Assembly (NCBI GenBank): GCA_003252515.1
Contig: QKDR01000019.1
Span: 11,110-75,109 of the forward strand
Length of the DNA stretch: 64,000 bases
Source of the DNA: Candidatus Delongbacteria bacterium
GTDB lineage: Bacteria; UBA4055
Direction of reading: 5' to 3'
A program made the translations under genes and the position numbers. How positions within the stretch are numbered: the stretch's first letter is position 1; each line of letters starts with the position of its first letter. Positions 35,278 through 43,983 of this stretch are shown in pieces. A model generated the notes under the pieces. That model worked only from the letters and a program-made list of their open reading frames with translations, had not been told where the DNA came from and made no database searches.

Positions 35278-37319
35278 AACAGTTTCCTGCCAAGATTAAA
35301 ATTAAGTCCGGGGAATAGTGCAGGATCTTTTTTCAGTTTTTCGAATTTATACAGGATGTTGTCCTCGCCTGTAAGGTCTATAATGATCTCGTGTGCCCGC
35401 ACATCTGGGATAGGAGCGCCTTCAATGGTAAAATGCTCATCTGAAATGAACATAGTGATCCCGTTGTATTTTCTGACCGAGAATCTGAAACATTCTCTAT
35501 CAGAGAAAGTGCTTCCGTCCGGGAAGTTGTCCGACATAGACCGGGTATAGAAAAGAGGTATCCTTGAATATATTGTCATGCGCAGAGGAAGAGGGGAGTA
35601 TTTTAGACCTTCCAGAGTTTCAGCGTCGGATTCAAAGGGCAGATGTGCCGAAGAGAGCCCAAGTTCTTTAAGCTGTTTCGCAGCCAAGATATTATAAGGA
35701 GAAAGACCGGGACCGCAGTCAATTTTTTTGTTCGAGTTTTTAAGAAGTTTAATATGTCCTATGTCGTTAACTTCGTAAGATATGCTGTTGGTGTGTTCAA
35801 GAGCCTCGATCATTTTAGCGCACTCTTCCAGGTCTTTTTCGAACAGTATAGGGAAGAAAGATATCTCGACCCGTACTTTTGAAGCAAGTTTCTTATATAA
35901 GTACAGAAATGAAGACGACGGTTCGGTTACGATCACTTTTTTTATCCCGCGATCCTTTACATCATCCATAATTTGTGCGATGTCGCCCGATGCGATCTTA
36001 AGAATATTTGTATTCTGAAAACATATATCCAGAGTATTCTTAGGGTCCGGATCGAAATTATTCAGTTCATATTCAAGCTTGGGTGGAAGTTTAACATTCT
36101 TCAGAAATTTCTTTTCTTTTCTGCTTAAAGGCGCTACAGTCGAACCTATTTCCGAGATGATATTGTTGAGTTGAGATTTCGGGATGAGAATGTCATTATC
36201 AAGCTCGAATCTGCCAAGGAACAGACCTCCGAAGGCAGTGTTCCTGATCCTGCTCTCCAGTTCTGAAAGATATGTCCCGCGGTTTTCGTTCCGGACCGCT
36301 TTGTGTCTGACAGAAAATTCAGTGTTGCCGTGATCGCTGAAAATCTCGAGTTTCAGTTCCGTTCCTGTTCTGACACATAGATCGTACTTTCCCTGACCGA
36401 CAGTTCTGGAACTTCCGGAATAGGGTCGCGCTTCATGTGCGGCGACGGATCCAAAGTTCTGTCCGGTGATGAGTTTGTCTAGACCACCAAAAAATCCTTC
36501 TCCCTGCTCGCGGCCGGAAAAGTTTGAAGGGTCCGTACCTTCAGATTTTTCACCATTAAGCAGGCTTCTGTAATATCTGGTCACGGATCCGACCCAGTTC
36601 GCACTTTTCAGTCTGCCCTCGATCTTGAGAGCGGAAATGCCCGTTTCCTGCAGTTCAGAAAGTTTTTCTGAAAGGTTCAGGTCTTTCATAGAGAAATAAG
36701 CTTTATATTCGTCCGAGCCGTCTTTTCTGAACCTGAACCTGCAGGGAGCCTGACAAGAACCTCTATTCGCCGATCTTCCGCCGAACCACGACGACATCAG
36801 GCACCTTCCCGAAAATGAAAAACACATCGATCCCTGAACGAATACTTCCGTTTTCGGGAAATACGGCTTAACAAGATATTTAAACTCATCCCGATTCAGC
36901 TCACGGGCAAGCACGACTCTCGAAGCGCCGATGTTCTCTGCGGCGGCCATAGCCTTTGAATTGGCTATCCCGAACTGGGTGCTGAGATGGTATTCCACTC
37001 CGGTGAGATATTTATTGAGTATATATATAAGACCAAGGTCCTTCACTATAACGGCATCTGTACCGGACTTTTTCAAATATAATAGAATAGATGCTGCGTC
37101 TTCGAGTTCTGATGTTTTCAGATCAATATTGAGAGTAATGTATACCCTGACGTCTCGCGAATGTGCAAGTTCCAATATATCAGGAAGTTCGTCGATCCTG
37201 AAATTCTTAGCAGGCTTTCTTGCATTGAACATATTAAGTCCGAGGTAAACTGCATCAGCGCCGTTTTCAAGAGCAGCCGAAAAAGCGTCCCTATTTCCCG
37301 CAGGAGACATCAGTTCCAT
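35274..37319 (-). CDS. U32 family protein (RlhA/TrhP-like RNA hydroxylase family)
   Basis: EL.SPAG, GADAVYLG...FNAR, H.STQ, RVVLAREL, E.FV.G.MC.S.SG.C.MSS..GGRS.NRG.C.A.CR, LKIEGRLK. Confidence 0.9.
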   Translation of the reverse strand: MELMSPAGNRDAFSAALENGADAVYLGLNMFNARKPAKNFRIDELPDILELAHSRDVRVYITLNIDLKTSELEDAASILLYLKKSGTDAVIVKDLGLIYILNKYLTGVEYHLSTQFGIANSKAMAAAENIGASRVVLARELNRDEFKYLVKPYFPKTEVFVQGSMCFSFSGRCLMSSWFGGRSANRGSCQAPCRFRFRKDGSDEYKAYFSMKDLNLSEKLSELQETGISALKIEGRLKSANWVGSVTRYYRSLLNGEKSEGTDPSNFSGREQGEGFFGGLDKLITGQNFGSVAAHEARPYSGSSRTVGQGKYDLCVRTGTELKLEIFSDHGNTEFSVRHKAVRNENRGTYLSELESRIRNTAFGGLFLGRFELDNDILIPKSQLNNIISEIGSTVAPLSRKEKKFLKNVKLPPKLEYELNNFDPDPKNTLDICFQNTNILKIASGDIAQIMDDVKDRGIKKVIVTEPSSSFLYLYKKLASKVRVEISFFPILFEKDLEECAKMIEALEHTNSISYEVNDIGHIKLLKNSNKKIDCGPGLSPYNILAAKQLKELGLSSAHLPFESDAETLEGLKYSPLPLRMTIYSRIPLFYTRSMSDNFPDGSTFSDRECFRFSVRKYNGITMFISDEHFTIEGAPIPDVRAHEIIIDLTGEDNILYKFEKLKKDPALFPGLNFNLGRKLF

Positions 37320-37335
37320 ATATTCCGTGATAATT

Positions 37336-37659
37336 TTATTTTTTTTCTGTCAGACTATATTTTACGAGCAGTTGATTCTTTTCAACTATATCACCCCTGT
37401 TAACATAGATATCTTTTATAACAACATCAGAATCAAGAGTTATCTCGTTGATCATTTTCATAGCTTCCAGAGAAATTATATTTGAACCGGCTTTAATTGT
37501 TTTACCTTTTTTTGCGGGTATCTCCACTATCTGCCCGGGAATGAAAGCCCTTATCTCGGATTTGTTCAACTGAGGAGGTTTCCGGTTCTTACTTAATTCG
37601 TATTTTTTTGTCAGATTCGTCTGATATTCAGCACCGTCTACATTAATTATATCGTCCAT
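37336..37659 (-). CDS. Biotin carboxyl carrier protein
   Basis: I.A.IPG.IV, LEAMKM.NEI (biotinylated Lys), V..GD.V.K.Q.L. Confidence 0.92.
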   Translation of the reverse strand: MDDIINVDGAEYQTNLTKKYELSKNRKPPQLNKSEIRAFIPGQIVEIPAKKGKTIKAGSNIISLEAMKMINEITLDSDVVIKDIYVNRGDIVEKNQLLVKYSLTEKK

Positions 37660-37679
37660 ATTTTAACCTGTCCGTACTT

Positions 37680-39218
37680 TTATAATGGTATTGAATCATG
37701 CTTATGCTGTTTTTTCACGATCTTTTTTGATTTTCCCAGTTCGAAAGATCTGATTATTTTCTCTCTTGTCTCTTCAGGTGTTATCACTGCATCGATGTAT
37801 GCTTTTGATGCGGCATTGTAAGGGTTCGAATACTTTTCCTTGTATTCTCTGATCTTCTGCTGCCTGACTTTTTCAGGTTCAGTTGCTTCGGAAATCTCTT
37901 TGGCAAAGATGATATTACAAGCGCCTTCGGGACCCATTACGGCTATCTCTGCGGTAGGCCATGCATAAACAAAATCAGTTCTGAGATGTTTTGAAGCCAT
38001 CGCTATATATCCTCCGCCGTATGCTTTTCTTATTATGACAGTCACGGTGGGAACCGTAGCTTCAGAATATGCGAAAAGAAGTTTCGCGCCGTGCCTGATA
38101 ACTCCGTAATGTTCCTGATCAATACCCGGAAGATAACCCGGAAGATCTACAAGCGTCAGGATAGGTATGCCGAAAGAATCGCAAAAACGAACAAATCTTG
38201 CAGCTTTATCACTCGAATCAACATCAAGAACACCTGCCAGATATTTCGGATTATTGGCGATAATGCCTACAGATTTACCGCCCATTCTCGCGAAACCCAC
38301 AGTGATGTTGGGTGCGAAATATTTCTGGACCTCAAAAAAGTAGGAATCGTCAACAAGGTAAGAGATAAGATCTTTCATATCATAAGCAAGTCTGTTGTCA
38401 TCAGGGATAATGTTCTCTATTTTCTTTTTACTTTTCGGGGATTTAGGTCTCACTTCGGGAACGGGTTTATCCCAAGCTGAAGGTATAAAACTCAGAAGTT
38501 CTTTTATCTGATCAAGTGCTTCAGTTTCAGATTGTGCAAAAAAATGTGCGTTCCCCGTAATTTCATTATGCACTCTTGCTCCGCCTAAACTTTCAGCGTC
38601 GATCTTTTCTCTAAGGACGGATTCGATCACTTTCGGACCGGTAATGAACATCTGCGACAGTTTGTCGACCATAAAAACGAAGTCTGTGATAGCCGGAGAA
38701 TATACTGCACCTCCCGCGCACGGACCCATAATTACGGATATCTGAGGTATTTTTCCGCTGTTAATAGTATTCCTGTAAAATATTTCACCATATCCCGCAA
38801 GTGAATCGACACCCTCCTGTATCCTGGCTCCGCCGGAATCGTTTATTCCGATAACTGGTATGCCCATGTTAGAGGCGATATCCATAACTTTTGTGATTTT
38901 TGCAGCATGCATCCTTCCAAGAGACCCTCCCGCTACAGTGAAATCCTGAGCGAAAACACAGACCGGTCTACCGTCGATATTTCCAAAACCTGTTATTACG
39001 CCGTCACCGGCCAGTTTCTGTTTATCAAGTCCGAAATCCCTTCCCTGATGTTCAACAAAAAGATCTATTTCATTAAATGTGTTTTTATCAAGAAGCTGTT
39101 CGATCCTCTCTCTTGCGCTCAACAGACCTTTTTCTTTCCTTTTCTGGAGCTTTTCTTCACCACCTCCTTTCTTAAGAATACCGGCACGGGACAGGAGCTG
39201 ATTTATTTTTTCCAGCAT
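37680..39218 (-). CDS. Acyl-CoA carboxyltransferase (PccB / methylmalonyl-CoA decarboxylase alpha-like)
   Basis: ARERI..LLD, GDGV.TG.G, QDFTV.GGSLG, DSGGARIQEG, GPCAGGAVYSPA, KAARFVRFCD, RKAYGG.Y, AVMGPEGA. Confidence 0.93.
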   Translation of the reverse strand: MLEKINQLLSRAGILKKGGGEEKLQKRKEKGLLSARERIEQLLDKNTFNEIDLFVEHQGRDFGLDKQKLAGDGVITGFGNIDGRPVCVFAQDFTVAGGSLGRMHAAKITKVMDIASNMGIPVIGINDSGGARIQEGVDSLAGYGEIFYRNTINSGKIPQISVIMGPCAGGAVYSPAITDFVFMVDKLSQMFITGPKVIESVLREKIDAESLGGARVHNEITGNAHFFAQSETEALDQIKELLSFIPSAWDKPVPEVRPKSPKSKKKIENIIPDDNRLAYDMKDLISYLVDDSYFFEVQKYFAPNITVGFARMGGKSVGIIANNPKYLAGVLDVDSSDKAARFVRFCDSFGIPILTLVDLPGYLPGIDQEHYGVIRHGAKLLFAYSEATVPTVTVIIRKAYGGGYIAMASKHLRTDFVYAWPTAEIAVMGPEGACNIIFAKEISEATEPEKVRQQKIREYKEKYSNPYNAASKAYIDAVITPEETREKIIRSFELGKSKKIVKKQHKHDSIPL

Positions 39219-39271
39219 TATACCTCCAAATACATTAAATTAGCCTATCATTGCCAAAAAATCGGCATTAT

Positions 39272-39300
39272 AATTTAAATCATATTTTTATTAAATGCAA
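39272..39300 (-). promoter_or_regulatory. Putative promoter of the carboxyltransferase operon
   Basis: Minus strand TTGCAT-17 nt-TAAATT. Confidence 0.45.
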
Positions 39301-39325
39301 TTTATTTTATCCGTTGAGAATTTTC

Positions 39326-39356
39326 TTGACAAACAAAACGGTTATACATATATTTG
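39326..39356 (+). promoter_or_regulatory. tRNA-Leu promoter
   Basis: TTGACA-17 nt-TATATT(TG), followed by the GC-rich discriminator GGCGC. Confidence 0.7.
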
Positions 39357-39365
39357 GCGCAGTTT

Positions 39366-39447
39366 GCGGGTATGGTGGAACTGGCAGACACGCCAGACTT
39401 AGGATCTGGTGCCTTTCGGTGTGGGGGTTCAAATCCCTCTATCCGCA
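39366..39447 (+). tRNA. tRNA-Leu (anticodon TAG); CCA not encoded
   Basis: Acceptor stem GCGGGTA/TATCCGC plus discriminator A; D-loop GGAACTGGCAGAC; anticodon arm CCAGA-CTTAGGA-TCTGG; long variable arm; T-loop GGTTCAAATCC. Confidence 0.96.
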
Positions 39448-39451
39448 CTAC

Positions 39452-39477
39452 AAACGGCTGATTGAAGCCGTTTTTTT
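39452..39477 (+). terminator. Intrinsic terminator after tRNA-Leu
   Basis: AAACGGCT-gattga-AGCCGTTT followed by TTTT. Confidence 0.8.
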
Positions 39478-39531
39478 ATTAGACAAAGCTGAAATTCCAT
39501 TTTGGCAGTTTAAAATTTATTAAAATATTAC

Positions 39532-39562
39532 TTGACGGGTCAAAATAAGGACGTTATATTTG
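39532..39562 (+). promoter_or_regulatory. gdhA promoter
   Basis: TTGACG-17 nt-TATATT(TG). Confidence 0.65.
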
Positions 39563-39576
39563 TGACAAAATGCGAC

Positions 39577-39600
39577 GTGTTGTGAAAGTAATAACAACAC
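39577..39600. promoter_or_regulatory. Palindromic operator, Rex-box-like, in the gdhA leader
   Basis: GTG-TTGTGAA-AGTA-ATAACAA-CAC; compare the Rex consensus TTGT(G/T)AA-N4-TT(C/A)ACAA. Confidence 0.5.
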
Positions 39601-39631
39601 TTGAAATAAAATATAACGAAGAGAGGCAAAA

Positions 39632-40975
39632 ATGTATAACATTGACAGGTTCATGGCAGAACTCGAAAGAAAAAATCCTTCTCAGCCGGAATTTATTCAG
39701 GCGGCAAGAGAAGTGATCGAATCGGTTATTGATGTTGTCAACGAGAATCCAGCTTACCTTAAAGCTAAGATTCTTGACAGGATCACCGAGCCGGACAGAG
39801 TATTCATGTTCAAAGTAGAGTGGGAAGATGACAACGGCGATGTTCAGGTTAACAAAGGCTACCGCGTACAGTTCAATAACGCGATCGGCCCTTATAAAGG
39901 CGGTCTCAGATTCCATCCGAGCGTAACACTCGGCGGTCTCAAATTCCTGGGTTTCGAACAAATGTTCAAGAACAGCCTTACAACTCTTCCAATGGGTGGA
40001 GGAAAAGGCGGATCTGATTTTAATCCTAAAGGAAAATCGGACAATGAAATTTTGAGATTCTGCAGATCTTTCATGACAGAACTACAGAAGTATATAGGAC
40101 CTGAGACAGACGTACCTGCAGGTGACATAGGTGTTGGAGGAAGAGAAATAGGGTATATGTATGGTCAGTATAAAAGGCTTAGAAGCGAGAATACCGGTGT
40201 ACTTACCGGAAAAGGACTCAACTGGGGCGGTTCGCTGATCAGACCTGAAGCTACAGGATTCGGCGCAGTTTACTACGCTGACGAGATGCTGAAATATAAA
40301 AAAGAATCGATGAAAGGTAAGATCGTATCCTGTTCCGGTTTCGGTAACGTTACATGGGGTACGGTTATCAAGGCTACAGAACTTGGCGCAAAAGTCGTAA
40401 CGATTTCAGGACCGGACGGTTATATATATGATAAAGACGGTGTAAATACTCAGGAAAAATTCAATTACCTTCTTGAATTAAGAGCGTCAAATAATGATAT
40501 AGTAGCACCTTACGCAAAAAAATTCCCGAATGCCAAATTCTTCCCTGGCAAAAAACCGTGGGGTGAGAAATGCGATATGGCTTACCCGTGTGCAATTCAG
40601 AATGAACTTAATGGTGAAGACGCAAAGAAACTTGTTGAGAACGGCTGTAAATATGTAATAGAAACTTCCAATATGGGATGTACTCCGGAAGCTGTCGAAG
40701 TATTTCTTCATGCTAAGATCGCATTCGCACCGGGAAAAGCTGCAAATGCCGGCGGTGTTGCTACTTCGGGACTTGAAATGAGCCAGAACTCAATGAAACT
40801 GTCATGGTCTAAAGAAGAAGTTGACGAGAAGCTGAAAGGGATCATGAAAAATATTCACGATGCAGGTGTAAAATACGGTAAAGATAAAAAAGGCAGCTTT
40901 GTAAATTACGTTAAAGGATCTAATATCGCCGGTTTCAAGAAAGTCGCCGACGCAATGATAGACTTAGGATACTAG
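39632..40975 (+). CDS. gdhA: Glutamate dehydrogenase (hexameric GdhA type)
   Basis: GYRVQFN.AIGPYKGGLRFHPSV, KNSLT.LPMGGGKGGSDF, DVPAGDIGVG.RE, RPEATG, GFGNV, KAANAGGV..S.LEM.QN. Confidence 0.96.
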   Translation: MYNIDRFMAELERKNPSQPEFIQAAREVIESVIDVVNENPAYLKAKILDRITEPDRVFMFKVEWEDDNGDVQVNKGYRVQFNNAIGPYKGGLRFHPSVTLGGLKFLGFEQMFKNSLTTLPMGGGKGGSDFNPKGKSDNEILRFCRSFMTELQKYIGPETDVPAGDIGVGGREIGYMYGQYKRLRSENTGVLTGKGLNWGGSLIRPEATGFGAVYYADEMLKYKKESMKGKIVSCSGFGNVTWGTVIKATELGAKVVTISGPDGYIYDKDGVNTQEKFNYLLELRASNNDIVAPYAKKFPNAKFFPGKKPWGEKCDMAYPCAIQNELNGEDAKKLVENGCKYVIETSNMGCTPEAVEVFLHAKIAFAPGKAANAGGVATSGLEMSQNSMKLSWSKEEVDEKLKGIMKNIHDAGVKYGKDKKGSFVNYVKGSNIAGFKKVADAMIDLGY

Positions 40976-41001
40976 TCAGTACCACATAAACCCTCCAAAT
41001 T

Positions 41002-41035
41002 ACTAAAAAAGGCTCGTTTTTGAGCCTTTTTTAGT
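41002..41035 (+). terminator. Intrinsic terminator after gdhA (bidirectional type)
   Basis: ACTAAAAAAGGCTC-gttttt-GAGCCTTTTTTAGT. Confidence 0.88.
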
Positions 41036-41064
41036 TTGCGCAAAATATAAATATAAAATATATT
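41036..41064 (+). promoter_or_regulatory. Putative promoter of the M42 peptidase operon
   Basis: TTGCGC-17 nt-TATATT. Confidence 0.45.
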
Positions 41065-41093
41065 TACATCCATTAATAAAAAGGAGAATCGTT

Positions 41094-42149
41094 ATGCAAA
41101 AAGATTCCAGAGATTTTCTGCTTGAGCTGCTCAGAACTCCCTCGCCATCCGGTTACGAGTTTAATATACAGAAAAAATGGCTGAAATATACAGAAAAATA
41201 TGCAGACAGGACTGAAACTGATATCGGAGGCAACGCCATAGCCGTTCTCAACCCGAAAGCGAAATTCAAAGTACTCCTTGCCGGTCACTGCGATGAGATC
41301 GGATTTATAGTAACAAGGATAGACGGGGACGGATTCGTTTACTTCAGCCCTGTTGGCGGGATCAGCCATAAAGTAGCGCCGGGGTTAAGGGTCGAGATCC
41401 TTGGTGAGAAAGAAATTGTAACCGGAGTTATCGGAGTTAACGCGGAACATCACGGAGGACTGAAGGATAAATTCGAGTTCGATGACCTGTTCATTGACTG
41501 CGGGTTCAGGAATAAAAAACAGGCGGAGAAATTCATATCAACTGGTGACTACGCTGTCTATTCAAGCGAGATAACAGAGCTCAAGAACGGCCTTATATCG
41601 TCCAAAGCGCTTGACGACAAGAGCGGTTCATTTATAGTTGCTGAAGTTATAAAGAGACTGAAAGGTCAGCCGCTGAACGTTGGAGTGTATTCAGTAAGCA
41701 CGACAAGCGAGGAAACAGGTCTTCAGGGCGCATATTTCGCTTCTACCGGTATTGAACCGGATCTTGCGATCGCCTGCGACGTCACCTGGGCGACTGACTA
41801 TCCGACTGTGAACAGATCTAAATACGGCGACTACACAATTGAGGGCGGCCCGGTGCTCGCTGTAGGATCGCCTGTGAGCGTTAAGATAAATAAAATGCTG
41901 AAGGCAGCTGCAAAAGAGTTGAAGATCGGGATACAGACCGAGGTCACTCCAAGAATTACCGGTACTGACGCTGACAGGATAAGATTCACGAACAAAGGTG
42001 TTCCTGTAGCCCTCGTTTCGCTCCCGATACGATATATGCACTCTCCTGTAGAGACCGCCAGTATGAAGCAGATAGAGAATGTGATCAAACTGCTGGTCGG
42101 GTTCATAAAGAACATGACCGGAAAAGAAAATCTGAAACCTCTGGAATGA
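41094..42149 (+). CDS. M42 family (TET-like) metallo-aminopeptidase
   Basis: PSPSGYE, AGHCDEIG, KALDDK, EE.GL.GA, DVT.A.D, GTDA, P.RYMHSP.E. Confidence 0.92.
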   Translation: MQKDSRDFLLELLRTPSPSGYEFNIQKKWLKYTEKYADRTETDIGGNAIAVLNPKAKFKVLLAGHCDEIGFIVTRIDGDGFVYFSPVGGISHKVAPGLRVEILGEKEIVTGVIGVNAEHHGGLKDKFEFDDLFIDCGFRNKKQAEKFISTGDYAVYSSEITELKNGLISSKALDDKSGSFIVAEVIKRLKGQPLNVGVYSVSTTSEETGLQGAYFASTGIEPDLAIACDVTWATDYPTVNRSKYGDYTIEGGPVLAVGSPVSVKINKMLKAAAKELKIGIQTEVTPRITGTDADRIRFTNKGVPVALVSLPIRYMHSPVETASMKQIENVIKLLVGFIKNMTGKENLKPLE

Positions 42150-42150
42150 T

Positions 42151-42564
42151 ATGGAAGAAAAAGAAAGCGTAAGGATCGACAAATGGCTTAAAGTGGCAAG
42201 GTTTTTCAAGCAGAGGGAACTTGCGGCGGAAGCGGTCGAGTCCGGGAAAGTAAGGTTGAACGGCGAAAAAGTAAAACCGTCAAGAATTCTCAAACCAGGA
42301 GATCAGATTACAGTCAAACAGGGCTCATCATATGTAAAATATACCGTTCTTGGGATCACGGACAGATCATTACCGAAAGAACAGGCAAAGGAACTATATA
42401 AGATGCTGGATCCTGAAGAAAAAAGATCTAAAGAGACAAATGAACTGATGAAGATACTTGAAGAGCAGGATAAGAAAAATGCCGAAGAGATCAAGCATAA
42501 GGGAAGGCCTACAAAGAAGGACAGAAGGATACTTAACAAATATAAGTATATGACAAATGATTAA
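42151..42564 (+). CDS. hslR: S4-domain RNA-binding protein (Hsp15-like)
   Basis: VRIDKWL..AR.FK.R.LA.EA...GKV..NG...KPS, A..LY, GRPTKKDRR. Confidence 0.88.
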   Translation: MEEKESVRIDKWLKVARFFKQRELAAEAVESGKVRLNGEKVKPSRILKPGDQITVKQGSSYVKYTVLGITDRSLPKEQAKELYKMLDPEEKRSKETNELMKILEEQDKKNAEEIKHKGRPTKKDRRILNKYKYMTND

Positions 42565-43186
42565 AATAAAAGACCTGAAAAAAGATTTTCCCAAGTACGG
42601 ATTTTCGATCGAATGCAGGCATTTATCTGTAGAGTCCGGTACGGCGGCCGGGATCTATGGACCTGCAGGATCAGGAAAAACTCTGTTTACAAAAACTCTT
42701 GCCGGTCTGACAGGCAGTTATTCCGGATCAGTTGAGATAGCATCAACGGAACTTAAAAATACTTACAGAAGAAAAATAGGCTATCTTCCGTTCAGAAATG
42801 TGCTTTATGGAAATCTGACTTTAAAAGAAATGTCACATTATCTTCTGGGGCAATACAAATTAAAACGTGAGGAATTCGATCTTAAACTTGACTGGTTTTC
42901 ATCTTTATGGAATATAAGTCAATTCACGAACAGAAGAATCGCATCTCTGACCGACGGTCAGCTGCAGTCTGTCAAATTCTTTACATCCCTGCTTCACTCT
43001 CCAACTGTTCTGATCATAGACGAACCTTTTAATGGTCTGGGAACTGAGAGTACAGACAGTTTCTCCGCAGTCTTTGATGATATCAGGAAAAAACAGGTTA
43101 CTGTTATTGCCGCATCAGCCAATTTTGATCTTCTCGAAAAGATCGTTCAGATAAGTACTCAAATATCAAACGGCAAGATAGAATAA
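42557..43186 (+). CDS. ABC transporter ATP-binding protein with degenerate catalytic motifs
   Basis: Walker A GPAGSGKT and Walker B LIIDEP are present; signature LTDGQ, D-loop NGLG, and switch AASAN without His. Confidence 0.8.
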   Translation: MIKIKDLKKDFPKYGFSIECRHLSVESGTAAGIYGPAGSGKTLFTKTLAGLTGSYSGSVEIASTELKNTYRRKIGYLPFRNVLYGNLTLKEMSHYLLGQYKLKREEFDLKLDWFSSLWNISQFTNRRIASLTDGQLQSVKFFTSLLHSPTVLIIDEPFNGLGTESTDSFSAVFDDIRKKQVTVIAASANFDLLEKIVQISTQISNGKIE

Positions 43187-43188
43187 AT

Positions 43189-43929
43189 ATGAGTTTATGC
43201 GGAATTATGAAAGAGATCAGGATATTTTTCAGAAACAGGACCGTTTCTGTTACTGTGATTTTTATGATAATACTAGAAATTACAGTAATTATAAAATCGG
43301 TAAATGTCATTCCTGACGGATCGGTAAGTCCTTTTTTCAGTTTCAGTTTTTTTCAGAAGCATTTGATACTGATGTTCTTTCCGTGTCTGCTTATTAATAT
43401 ACTCATTATGGCTTTTTCAGTTACTGCCGAAAGGCAGAACGGAATGCTGTCTAAACTGCTTCCGTACGGAGAATCTTTAATGGTCAGGAATAAAACAGCA
43501 GCAGCGACCGTGATCTCACTCTTTTTCAGTGTGCTATATGTGATCTCAGCTGTAATTGCAAGCGGATTAAAAACTTATTTGAGCTTCAAATTCGCAGTGT
43601 TCCTGACAGCATCATATATTTTTGTATTCTACGCGCTGTCATCATTCTCAGTTTCATTTGCTTTTATGTATTATCACGGAGACAACGACTATGGACCTGA
43701 ACTGAAGCAAATGCTCATATATATATTCATAGTGTCGGCAGCAGTTTCATCATTTTATTATTTCATATCAGAGAACATGATATATTTTTATGAATTTATT
43801 ACAGGATACAGACGAGTTTATCCTAACGCAGAGTTCATTTTATTCATGGTTCTGACTTTTATTTTTATGACTGGGGCGAGGATCATGCTTAAAAAGGCAG
43901 AGAAGAAGCTTTATGAAGAGCAATATTGA
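43189..43929 (+). CDS. ABC-2-type permease-like membrane protein
   Basis: About 6 TM helices; KEIR.FFRN and SVTAERQNG.L..LL......NK; follows the ATPase gene. Confidence 0.7.
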   Translation: MSLCGIMKEIRIFFRNRTVSVTVIFMIILEITVIIKSVNVIPDGSVSPFFSFSFFQKHLILMFFPCLLINILIMAFSVTAERQNGMLSKLLPYGESLMVRNKTAAATVISLFFSVLYVISAVIASGLKTYLSFKFAVFLTASYIFVFYALSSFSVSFAFMYYHGDNDYGPELKQMLIYIFIVSAAVSSFYYFISENMIYFYEFITGYRRVYPNAEFILFMVLTFIFMTGARIMLKKAEKKLYEEQY

Positions 43930-43983
43930 ACATTTGAAGTCTTTTTTAGTTTATTACAGGTTTAACCGGGAGTATTTACAGAT

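Noticed and set aside
39366..39480. tRNA-Leu as an integration site
   Set aside because: There is no integrase, and I saw no duplicate of the tRNA 3' end; a terminator and gdhA follow directly.
39251..39523. 90-aa ORF spanning the tRNA
   Set aside because: It overlaps tRNA-Leu, its promoter and its terminator; this is a typical spurious translation of a tRNA.
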